DNA of 64,000 bases, from NCBI GenBank assembly GCA_047495785.1, contig JBLDXI010000042.1:1488001-1552000 (forward strand), read 5' to 3'. Shown here piece after piece: positions 1 to 11,683 of the stretch (positions within the stretch are counted from its first letter, which is position 1; the number at the start of each line of letters is the position of its first letter). Position numbers and translations under genes: made by a program. A model generated the notes under the pieces. It saw only the letters and a program-made list of their open reading frames with translations. It ran no database searches and was not told the DNA's origin. The stretch comes from Lepidodermella squamata. Taxonomy: Eukaryota; Animalia; Gastrotricha.

Positions 1-3000
1 CGAGTTGTCTCTCAAATGAGTTCAATCCAACCATAGCAAATACGTACCACTACGAGAAAATGGGTATGCTGACAAAATTTGATAGCCCAATTTATTTGAT
101 TTTTGATTTTTTCAAGATTTGCCTGGCTTTTCGCATATTCGAACCGATTCTTGTATCAGCCATCACTATGAGAATGCGCTCGATGTCCGCCTGCTGAATC
201 TAGCCGATTGCGCCAAAGTTTGTGAAGTTCTACCCACGTGTCCTGGTTTTTCGTACCAGCCGAGCGAGACGCGATGCTTCATTCACGCTACAACCTGTGC
301 CCCGAATGCGTACCCGGATATTTCGGCTCAGAATCAGCTGAATATCGATAATGAGCCGTATTTCATGGATACATACGCCTTCATTAAATTGGGTACGTGA
401 GCATTGAATTTTAAGCCGAGAAATAGGTTAAATCCTATTAAATCCTCAAAATTGAAAAATTATGAATTTTTAAAAATCGAATTGAAATTTCAAAAATAAT
501 TTAATTTGAATTTTATTTTTAATTCTACTATTTTGGCAAGGTTCTCGAAAATATTTAATTGCCTTTAATTTCCTTTTTTGACCCTTCATAACTTGAAATC
601 ACTCAAATTCGAATTAATTTACAGCATCCTCTTGTGAGATCAGCGATGTCCTGGTTATGATGGCCTTCACCCAGGACACTATCACCCCAGACGGCCTGAA
701 TTCAGTTGTCGATTTCCTCGTCTCCCTACTCACCCGGCTCGATATCGACTCAGACGTAGTAAAATTCGCCTACACGCTATGGAACGAAGACGCCCCGAGC
801 CGAGTCGCCGATTTCCAGGGCGAATTCGACCGCGAACAGCTGATAGCGAGTGTTAACCTTATCAACCACCAAGATTTGCCGCAATCCCACCTTCAAGCCG
901 CTTCGATGTTCCAATTCGCTTATACCCACGCTTTTGTACCTAGTGTGGTCCGACCGCATGCGAAACATACGATAATTTTCCTAACTTCGACAAACTACGA
1001 CGACGAAAATATCGATGCAGCTGTTTACGAAGCTTCCCAAGCTTTGAAACGCAACATTCGCATCGTAGCTGTTGGATTGGGCCAGTTCCCAGTCGAACAT
1101 CAATTGACGGCAATTGCTAACAATAGTATGGAAAACGTCTATTTCGATCGGAATTTTGAGAAGTTGTCCGATCTCTCTTGCCAACTTAGCAACCTTCATT
1201 GCTCGTACCGGGAATGTTCGCCAGCTTTTCAGCAAGCTTCGAAATCGACCACTGAAGCTTCGGAACGTTCGGCTACAACCACACAAGAATCTACTACAAC
1301 TACCCAGGAACCTTTACCGACTTCGACCATGGAGCCTGAGACAACTTCAAGTTCGGAACCTTCAACCACTGAACCTTTGCCAACTTCAACTGAAGTTCCA
1401 ACGACAACTGAGGTTCCAACTACGGCTACAACAGAGCATTTGGTGACGGAGACCGAAACTACTACTGAACCTTCGACTACAACAACAACCGAAGCTCAAA
1501 CGACTGTAACCCAAGCTGGAACTACGCCGACTTCGAAGCCGAATGAAAGATTGGTTGATATCGGCTCGATCTACCCGAATATGGACTGCCCGCAGGGTGC
1601 CTCGAGCGAGGGTTACACCTTCTACGCAGTTTTCATGTCTAATGTTCAGCCTGAGTTGATCAGCGACCTCGAACTGTTTGTCGCGTTATCTGGAACGAAT
1701 CGGCCTAACGTGATCGCTGCGGTTGAGATTGACTCGCACTACTTCCGCGATCGCCTGTTTGTTCACGGTGGGCAGATGGGTCGAGTTTTGTTGCCGAGGT
1801 CTGCGTTTGAAATGCCGTTGACTGGTTCGGCGTCTCTACATGCGAAGGGATTAAAGATTTCGGCGAATGCGTCCATCACTGTCTATACAATCAATAGGCA
1901 GGGCTACTCGTCCGATGGAACAATCGTTTTTCCTGAAGAAGGGCTGGGTTCAGAGTATCTAACGGTTTCTTACTACCCGTCGGACCACTTCACTCAATTT
2001 GGCGTAAGTTTTTAAATAAACTATAGCTGGTTAAGTTAGGTTCTGAAGCTAATTAGTTTGAACCGTTGGACTATTTGTTGGCTCAATTATGAATATTTCT
2101 AAGTTCCGAACCTTAACCAGCTTTGCTGAGCTTGCGAACCTTTTCTGAAGCTCTAACTGATCCTGGAACCTTTCTCTGTAAGAAATATCAAGGCTCCAGG
2201 TCATGGGCTAATGAATGTTTAAGCTCTGTCCGTCACGGTTCTATCTTGGAACCTTTCAGAATCTAATATCTAACCAAGTAGCTAGTGGGCTATCGATGGA
2301 TGGGATTTGTTGGAACTTGGGATTTTTTGATTGCGTTTAACTCAAATGTCATGTTAAGCTTGCGGATGCTGCTTGAATTCTTAATTTTGGTAATTTTCCA
2401 GATCCTATCGCCCCACAATAGCAATCTGGTTTCGATTACCCTTCCTCCACGCGAGGAACCTTTACTCGGTTCAATAATTGATGACAAGCTGAACAAGAAT
2501 TCGAACGCCCGGGCCAACTGTACCCTCCGATACGGCGGCGAGACCTTCACAAATGGCGATACTTTGACCATTCGAATGAACTACCTGGACACGTTCCAAA
2601 TGCAATCATCCTGCGACTTATCCGGGACGGCCATCAGATCTCGGAAACCAGTGGCCGTTTTCAGCGGTAACGTCCTGACCAGTGTTGCTACCCCGGTTTA
2701 CGGTGGCTACCAAGGCTCTGTCCCGCCTCACCAGAACGGCAGATTCCAGTCTCATCTAATCGACCAAATCCCGCCAGTATCGAGATTAGGCCGTCTCTAC
2801 TCTGCAGTTTCTGCACCGAGGCGGTTGACTGGAGACGCCTGGGCGATAGTGGCGCCCTTCGACAACACTGAAATCTCAGTCTACAGCAACGACCGGTCTA
2901 CAATTGAAGTCGCAACCAAATTCCTTCATTTCGGCCAGAAATACGAGTTCACAAGCGTGAATGACATGCATTTCCTTATCGCGAGTACTAAGCCGATTTT

Positions 3001-6000
3001 GGTTGCTCAGTTCGTGAAGAGTGAGCAGCTGGGTTCAGCATACGGGCGAGGATCCTCACCGTCAATGGTCGTCTACCCGTCAATGGAGCAATGGTCGAAG
3101 CGGTACACCTTCTTAGTCCCTTACGGCTACAAGCAGGCCTATAAGAACTACTTGGTCGTAACTGTGAAGAAGGGATTTGAGGACGGGATTTTGTTGAACG
3201 GCGAATCGGCTCAACTACCGACTGATGCGTCTTGGCTGCCGGTTAACGGAAGTCCGGACTTGGTTTCGGCCTTTGTCCCGATATCGGAGGGTGTTCATAC
3301 CGTATATCACGAGCAGTGGTTCGATATGAGGTTCGGGGCGTTGGTCTACTCGACTGGGCCTAATGGAAGCTTGTACTACTCAGCTGGGCAGTGTTTGGCG
3401 AATCTCAACTGCGAAGTCACACTGACACTACCCAATGACCTCATCGTAAGTATTTTCACCTAATTAATTTTCAAATTTTCGAAAATTTCAAATTTCAAAT
3501 TTTGAATTAATTTCTTATTTTTTAAATTTAAATTCTATTTTAAATTTTAAATTTTAAATTTAAATTTTTTTAAATTTGAAAAATTATCTAAAATCCCATA
3601 AATCGAGTAACTCGTTGTTTTGTTTGCATTAGGACAATGACTGCGATGGATTTATCGATGAAGAAGTTCTGAACGATCGCGATGATGACGGCGATGGTCG
3701 AATCGATGAGGATACTTACGAGGTGATAGTTCGCCCAACCGATGTTCCAATCATCGAAGATCCCGAAACTACTGCAACTACCGAAAGTACCGAATCGTCA
3801 TCTGCCAGTACCGAAACTACAACCCCGGAGACAATCATCATCACCGAAGCTGCTTTCACTACAAAACGGACTGGGAAACTTGAGATGGAGCGGCCGTATG
3901 AACCCACTACTAGGCCGACCCCTCGCATGCCACCGGTTCGGGCAACAATCTATTTCAATGCGACGAAAATGCCGCCGAGACTGCCCTGGCCTTTCACGCA
4001 AGAAGTTACGATTGAACAAACTCAGCCTGGCCCGATTTACCTAACGATGAGTGGCTGGACCCCGGAGCCGCAGAGTTCCACCTCGGCACCGACTGGTACC
4101 ACGAAGGAACCTTACGGGGGATCTTACCGAAAACCAGGAGCGCCGTCCATTGTTTCGATAATCGATGGCCATGGCAATCGGAGGAAACCAGGCCGGAAAC
4201 CGAGTAGACGTCCCTCTGGTAAGTACAGCTACCTGAAACCAGCAAGGCGACCCGTAACCCTAGCGCCAATGCTTAGTACGACGGCAAAGGTGACCCCAAG
4301 GCCAACCCCGGTCGAGCAATTCACTTCGCCAACGAAAAGCAACCTCGGCCTTTTAACGACTTGCTACGGCGATGTTGTAGAGATGAAGTGTCCGAAACAA
4401 GGTCACGTGATCTCGCTGATCAGCGCCCATTTCGGTAGGATCAACTACGTGCGAGAGGTGACATGCGCCTCGGAGAATCCGCACGTCTGCGGCGGTAATT
4501 ACGCCGACGATTGCGGGTTTGCAGACGCGTTCTTCGCTATCGACCCGATTTGCTCGAATAAAACAAGCTGCTCAGTTCCGTTGGACGGCGCGCTGTTACG
4601 GAAAATACCGAATAATTCGACTTGCGATGTTTGCCAGATGTACCTAGCGTTTGCTTACACCTGCAGGCCTGTTGAAGAGTGTTCGTATCTCGCCAGTCAG
4701 AACCCCGATTCTGTGACTTACACCCAGGGCAATTACGCGTATAAGAACGGCTACGAAATCGCGTATTCGTTCGAAGCGATTGAAGCAGCAATGAATGTGC
4801 TACGAGCTCCGAATTGCTCGAAATCCGGCTCAGTAACAGATTTTGTCGACAATCGATCCGGTCAGCCGGATTCTTGCGAGGCGGATGCTGATTTTCATCG
4901 TAACCAGTACTACCCGCCTATGTTGGGTAAGCTGTGTAACATGTCGCTTGGTGCGTCGTTTCAATCGGGTGGAATGATGGCGTGGTGCCCGCCCTTCACA
5001 TGTTCGGCTGGCTGTTTGCCGTATCTTGAGATTGATCTGCATGGGTATCACAAAATTACTGGCATTGTTCTTCAAGGCCGCAGGAGGTGGGATGCTTGGA
5101 TTTCAGAGTTCAGGATCGAGCACAGCTTCGACGCCAAGGCCTTCAATGCGCTTGCAAGGGTGAGTGCGTTTCAATTCCGTAAAACTCAGATTATCACAAT
5201 GTTGAGCCTCAAGCTGGAATAAAGGGACCTTTTCGACTAAAACCCCAAAACATAAAAACCTCTGAATTCCCCTTTTTATAAGAAGATTCGCAGAAGTTAG
5301 GTTTCCATTCCAAAATTGGTATGGAATGTTGTTTTAAGTTCAACTTCCAAGTAGCATCATAAATAATTTCCTGAAATTTTCTGATTTCCGAAGTTGGTTT
5401 AATTGCTGAAAATCGAATTCATTCAATTTATTTTTTCTTTTGTGGAATCCCGCGGGGAATCTATAAATTAATTTTTTTTCAATTAGATCTTCACTGGGCC
5501 GTCGAATGCTCGCGATGTCGTTCATTGGAAGTTCAACAGTCAAGCTTTCACAGCTCGTTACGTCCGCATCGTTGTTACTAGATACCACGGCTATCCAGCT
5601 GGCCACATCGATCTCCTCCGCTGCAAACAATGTAAGAATAAACATACAATCGTATTCAAACATAGTTTGCTGATTTGAGGATTGAACCAAAAAATTCATT
5701 GGAAGGGAATTTGTTAAACTAATTTTCTGAAATTTAGAAAAAATTCTAAAAAAAAATCCATGATGAATTTCCATAAAGCCTTATTTTGCTCTTTTTTGCA
5801 ATTTCATTCGTGGGAAGTTAAAACTTTATTTTCAAATATTCCAGACGAACCTGTTGGCTGTAAGCCAATTACAATCCCACACTCTACGATAAAACGTGAA
5901 CCAGCTCTTCGGAGCCGAGTCCTCGAAGCTCGCTGCGACCCAGGCTGGATGACCTCGACAAACCAAACCGTCTTCACAGTCCGCTGTGCCAGCAACCTAT

Positions 6001-6242
6001 TCTGGTCCGGCGTGCAACCCTGCGACATGCCTCGCACCTGTGGCGACATTCCCCTAGTCAAAGGAGCCCTTCACAACGCTACGTCCCTAGGTGTTGGCTC
6101 TGTTGTTCGGTACACCTGCGCTGATCCTTCGAGTAGGCTGAAAGGGAATAATACAATTTATTGCAAGGACGATGCTCGCTGGTCTCCGGAACCCGCTTGT
6201 GTGACTGCTCTAGAGCAGACAACAGCGGCGCAGGATATGTGA
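1..6242 (+). CDS. Large mosaic extracellular protein, 5' end outside window: PAN/Apple-like, VWA, Thr-rich mucin, IgGFc-binding N-terminal domain, DNDCDG Asp-rich motif, mucin, SUEL/Gal-lectin, F5/8 type C, 2 Sushi/CCP
   Basis: Frame-consistent GT-AG exons <1-63, 117-392, 625-2003, 2402-3445, 3633-5159, 5487-5631, 5845-6242. Motifs: CAKVCEVLPTCPGFSY...C (PAN); IIFLTS...IRIVAVGLG (VWA); DLSGTAIRSRKPVAVFSGN and STKPILVAQF (IgGFc-binding); DNDCDGFIDEE..DDDGDGRIDED; CYGDVVEMKCP..ISAHFGR (SUEL); YLEIDLHGYHKITGIVLQGR..ARYVRIV (F5/8C); GSVVRYTC..GNNTIYCKDDARWSPEPAC (Sushi). AATAAA at ~6311. Confidence 0.85.
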
Positions 6243-6971
6243 GGACATTTTGTTGCTTGCTTTCTTATTGCTTCTTCGGTTCTTGTTGACACCATGCGAA
6301 ATGATTTTTTAATAAAAAGCAATTTTAATGAGTCGAGTTTTGCCCTTATTTAAGGCAGTGGATTTACGCTTCATAGATGAATGAGAATTTGCAAATGAAA
6401 ACGCTCTTTTATTGCAGACGTTCAGTCAGCTAGGCATTCGCCAAGAGCCAAATTTTACGGATTTCAAATGGATCCATTCCTAACTCAATCGGTTCAGCTT
6501 CCCACTTTTTGTGGTTTTTGAGGTCATAGGCGTCGAATGGAGTGCGACACACAATAATTTGGGATTTCGAGACTAAATTTGTACCTCAATCCATTGATTT
6601 CTCCAAAATACGGATTGAGTTTCCAAATCAGCGATTTTTCTGATATCGAACATTGGATCTTAGAACCCAACGTGTCTATATACATTAGGATCGCACGGAA
6701 TCCGATACTTTTAGTGCGGAGAACATTTCGCACATCTCGACCCTTGGTATCACCCTTGATACCTAGTTAAGAACGTTTTTCTGCCCACTTATTACCTCTC
6801 TATAGGATTCTGCGTGATTGGTGATATTGGATGTGAAAAGCGAAATATCCGAAAAACCCATAGGTCTTTCTAGCAAGACTTTATTGCCATCTCAAATAAG
6901 AGATCAGAGAAAGATTAAAGAACGGTGATTGAAAGTCTGATATTTAAAATAACTTAATTTTCGACAGGAAG

Positions 6972-9191
6972 TCAAGGGTAAGTTTCACAGAGAAAAGCAG
7001 GCCCGCCGAATCCGCAAGAGCCGTCGTACAAATAGCCACTAGCAAAAGCAGCACATGCATTAGCGCCGGCATTGGGGTTCGAATCAGACCATGGCGGAAA
7101 ATTGGCGTAGGGCGTGCCATCAGCCCACAACCATTGTCCTGAAACATTTGACAGGCCAATCAAGTCCGTTGACCCTGAGCTAACAATCGCTAGAACCGCG
7201 TCAAGTTCCGTCTGATTCTTGATCGTTGCCATCATTCCGCCGATGCTCGCGCAAGTTGCGACAGCAGCGTCGCGACTTCCGCCGATTCGGTAGTTTACGA
7301 ACGATTTGACAGCGTTCTGGCATGCTGATTCACTGGTGTAGTTTTTCGATGGGTATTTAGTTTCACCAGCCAAGCAAGCAGTCGCTCGGCACGTAACCAC
7401 GCCTCCAGACCCGAGACACCGAGAGAACACGGCCTAAGAAAACAAAGCAGTAAAACAAGGCTAAACAATCGCTTCGAAACCCACCGAGTTCAAGTCAGAC
7501 AAACATGTTTCGTAATTGATTTGAAAGGAAGTAGAGTTGGAGTAGAGCTTCATCTGATAAGGGGAACAGGATTAGGTGTAATCGCCAAAATTTTCACGTA
7601 CCTTTGTCGAACCTGTAGGACAGGCCATTCCGACGCACAGCTTCGTTCCATTCAAATCACACTGGGCAGCAGCCTATAGAACAAAACAAAAAGGTTCAAG
7701 TTCATCGCCTGGAAGTCATTAAGCAGCAATTTCAACTCACTCCCCGAAGGCAGTTCTGTTGGTTCATGTAGGGCTTCGGAGTTGCTTCTTGTGTTTCGTT
7801 GTTGGGCGAACAGCCCGCAGAGCTGAGACGACAGCCGGCAAAAGCTCGGCCTTGTGTTCCAAAACAGCGAACATGCGGCTTCTCTGTATCAGGTACTTGA
7901 ACTGAAATAAATTTCGTGTTGGAAATTGAAGCTCTGCATTCGGAGATATGAATAGTTTCCTTACTTTTCCCATCGACGCAAGCAGCAAGATTCGAAAATG
8001 TCTGGCCACCAGCAAGCTATCAAGATTTCACAAAAAATGAATGTTCGAAATTTTGTAATTTAAAAAATTTAAAATTTAAAAATATTTTTCCTTGTTTAAA
8101 ATTTATTTTTCGAAAATGAAATTTCGCATGCAAATTTCGTTTTTTGAATACAGCGGAACCCCGATTTCCCGTCACCTGATTTTCCGCCTGACGGGAAATC
8201 GCGACATGTAAATATTTAGGAGCGACTTGGACCCGCAGAGGGCAATTACACGCAAAACTACCTAGATTTCCCGTCAGGAATTTCGTGAAACCGCAGAAGA
8301 CGGGAAATGGGGGTTCTACTGTAATCTGCTTACTGTGAAACATTTTTGCAAAAATTTAAGAAATCGTCAAAAATTTCAAAAATACAGAAACTTTTAAACA
8401 GTTTAGAAATCACAGTCGCCTTAAATATTTATCATGGATTTCTGACTAAGATTTTTAATTGTCGGAAATCAGGATATTGCCTTAATTTACCAACTCGTCA
8501 ATTTGATTTCTAACTCGGCATTGGAAAAAAGACAAATACCGTGTTATTTGGGCACTTCTGAACCGGTGGGATGCATGTGATGAGTGACCCGTTCGACAAG
8601 CAGCGAATGAAATTCTGATTCTAAAAAAAACAAGCACATACAATCAACGCATGGAAGAAAGCCAAGTTGTTACTTACCGCGAAGGTAATTCTTGCGTCAT
8701 AACAGTACTGCATGCTGGAGCGAAGCGTTGCTGTGACGTAGAACGGCTGAAACTGGACAAAGTCGTGGATTCCGTTTTGTTTAATTGATACCAATGAAAA
8801 AAGCAAACTGATATTTCCTCAGGAGCTTTGCACGGTATTAAGCCTGGTCGGCAACTCGGTGTGAGAGCTGCGAATTTGTAGCACATTCGGGCATTCTGAT
8901 GGGTCACAGAAGAAAAAACCGCTGCTTGAAAATCCTCAATTTAAATGCTTACCCCACTTCGACACAAATCAAAGGTGCTGAAGTCAGGGCCAGACTATGG
9001 AAAACATGAGTTCATATTAGATCTGAAGTATTAGTTCAAACCTGGTATTCCTTCAATAAGTCGCATGTTGCTGAGCATGTTACGAACATGTTATCGAGTA
9101 GTGATAGGCATCGTCTCCATTGGCACGAAACTCCACCGATGTTAAGAAACACGGCCAGAAGCCAAGTGTTGAAAAAACCTGATTTCATCAT
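6972..9191 (-). CDS. Secreted micro-exon Cys-rich repeat protein with C-terminal C-type lectin domain (family member A)
   Basis: ATG at 9191 gives a signal peptide (MMKSGFFNTWLLAVFLNIGGVSC). About 10 GT-AG exons: 9042-9191, 8953-8994, ~8810-8896, ~8678-8752, ~8540-8620, ~7965-8016, 7741-7901, 7602-7673, ~7484-7552, 6972-7433. The last exon has CASIGGMMATI..IGL..WLWADG..W...NPN....C..YDGSC...FLCE (CTLD). Confidence 0.8.
8151..8321. mobile_element. MITE, Tc1/pogo-like, in an intron of gene A
   Basis: Imperfect TIRs cagcggaaccccgatttcccgtc / gacgggaaatgggggttctactg, flanked by TA on both sides. Confidence 0.75.
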
Positions 9192-9673
9192 GCTATCAGT
9201 GAAAATAGAATCGAATGAGACTCACAAATTATCAACATTTAGACGAGAAGGTCGAAAACATGGCGCTTTATTAGTGTCCGAAAACAGATTTAAGGCTATA
9301 ACTAGTGAAAAACAGTCTATAGCCTGCTATCGAAAACGCGTGACTACTTTCGCCGTCCGAATACACAGAACGTATGCAGACGAAAACAATTTTTTTTGTC
9401 AAAATTCAGATTATTAATAGAGAATTATTCGTGTCTTTTAAGGAGAGTAAAATTCAACAAAATTATTCGTGTGATTTGGCGCTACTCTCAACGCTTTTTG
9501 CATTTAAACTGAGTTGAATTTTGATAACATTGAAATAAGTAAGAAATAAGGATTTTAACCATGATTTTGAATTTTGAATTACCCCCTGTTTTTCGCATTT
9601 TTACTCGTTTCAGAGGGTCCTGATTCCGACTTTATAGAAAGCTCAATTTACCCAAGGTATAGGGCGAATCGGT

Positions 9674-9756
9674 CAGGTGATTTGGGGTAAATTGGGTTTG
9701 TAAAATTTAGTTTAAATTATATGGGTACTTGAGGCCAATTTACCCCAAATCACCTG
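9674..9756. mobile_element. Short foldback/MITE
   Basis: 22-bp perfect inverted repeat caggtgatttggggtaaattgg / ccaatttaccccaaatcacctg. Confidence 0.65.
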
Positions 9757-9765
9757 TGTATAAAG

Positions 9766-9952
9766 TAGTGTGCGAATAGTAGGATCCAGGAGCTGCGAAG
9801 GAGGATCCAGGAGCTGAGGTGCTTTCTAGCAAGTTTGTAGCACCCAGACGAAGAAACCAAAGGGTCCCCCTGAGGTTTTTTAGCCTTGCTCTGTTAGAAG
9901 TCTCGGAGCTGGGGTGTCCCAACAGCCCAGCAACCCTGTACTTCGCACCCTG
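9766..9952 (-). mobile_element. hAT-like MITE family copy
   Basis: Reverse complement aligns with 46212-46373; termini cagggtgcgaagta ... ttcgcacact. Confidence 0.7.
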
Positions 9953-10489
9953 AATTTAGTTATTGTGAGGTTTGAATGGTCGAATAGTTTTAATGCGTCA
10001 TCAGAACCAGTGTCATCTGGTGAGCGACGGTTCCACTCCTCAGCAAGCAGCATCTTTTGCATCGTTCGAATTTAATTGTTTTTATTTCGATATCGATTCA
10101 CAATAGTTTCCAACGCGAAGCATGACCCACAAAACACTATTTGTATATTTCACCGTTGAATGTGGTTGCTCAGTCAGCAATCGAAGCCATGAACGGTGAT
10201 CGATAGCTGATAAAATTTGGGCAGCCAATGGGTGTTTTTCTTTTTTCTACATCGGCAATGCCGACGATAATATACCGAGATGATTCACTGGCACCTGGGT
10301 TCCTCGCGCGCCAATGAAGCGGAACATGCGTTGCTGCTGCGATTTTGAAGCAACACCAACATTTGCCGCGGCACGTTCAACCCCAAGGTTCAACAGCCGT
10401 CACTTTTCGACCCCGAAGAGCTAGCAATGATTCAAACGCTCTTCAGCGAAATGTCGCTCCATCTGTTCCGTCCTTCCAGCGGTTTGAGA

Positions 10490-10677
10490 GAGAATAATAC
10501 AATTTTTTGCAAGGACGATGCTCGCTGGTCGCCGGAACCTGCTTGAGTTACGACGCAGAAGCAGACAACAGTGGCGCAGGACATTTTGTCGTTTGCTTTC
10601 TGATTGCTTCTTCGGTTCTTGCTCACTCCATGCGAAATGATTTGTTAATAAAAAGCAATTTTAATGAGCTGAGTTAA
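10490..10677 (+). pseudogene. Decayed duplicate of the last Sushi exon and 3' end of the mosaic gene
   Basis: Aligns with ~6148-6338 (aataatacaatt..tgcaaggacgatgctcgctggtc..aataaaaagcaattttaatgag), with in-frame TGA stops. Confidence 0.8.
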
Positions 10678-11683
10678 CGTTTTGAATGTTTATTACAGTT
10701 TGATTTCAAATTTACAATAAGCATCGAGATTCGAGATCTTATTTATCAAGACGTAGTTAGTACCGAGATGAATAACGGACAGTGTTTCGAGCACAGGAAA
10801 GGGTGTTGGGAGGAAGGGGAAGGGGAAACCCCCAGGCGTTCAAAAATTTCGGAGTTTTGTGAAAAACCGTCATATTATTGACGATAATGAAAAACTGAGT
10901 CACAGTAAAAATCTCATTTTCGATTTCGAAGGGACATAAAATGGCCGCACGCAACGGTGAGCGGTATCAAATTTGCTGTAGCGTTTGGTCTCTCTCTCCG
11001 TAAAAGGAGGACTCAAAAAGCTCGATTTCACCCCTTATGAGAAGGACGGAGATAGCAGAAAATCTGGCAAAAGAACAGAGTCCTCTAAGCCAAACGTTTT
11101 TGTTACTATGTACGTTTTACGCCAATGCTGTAGTATTTGATAACGTCCCGAGCGCTTGTATTTCAATAGTTGAGTTGAGTTTATGAAATATTAACATCAC
11201 GGAATTTTTCCCCTGTTTCCGATGTCAAGGATTATCTCTACCTCTCTGATAGATTAGCTGCCTTCTAAAGTATATTCATCGCTCTTAATTGTTTTCGCGT
11301 GATCCAAGTATTCGATTTCATTTGAAATGACTGCCTCAGGTCTTGATGATACATCGTATAGTGGCAAAAAATAACATTGAAAATTAGGCTCAAGCGAGGG
11401 AAATTGGCGTAGTATGCACCTTCACACTGTAAGATATTTGATCTCATCAATGCGTCACTTAATCGATTGCTTCTCGTCTTGCTTTTCGCATCACGCGAAC
11501 ACTAATATCCGCAAAGTATAGCGGATATTTCACGCCTGTGAGCACAGACCGTTTTTTTGCCGCATATTCACGCTAGAAAAATTACGCAGGAATAATCTCA
11601 ACTCCCACAAGGTCTTGTAATTTCCTCAAAAAAAAATCATTCCACTTTCAGGGGACATCTTTAAACTGCTTTATATCTTTTCG

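Noticed and set aside
777-5774. Antisense and alternate-frame ORFs over the mosaic gene (and similar ones over CPVL, the LINEs, ankyrin and the transposases)
   Set aside because: They are shadows of real coding exons or span introns, and have no motifs of their own.
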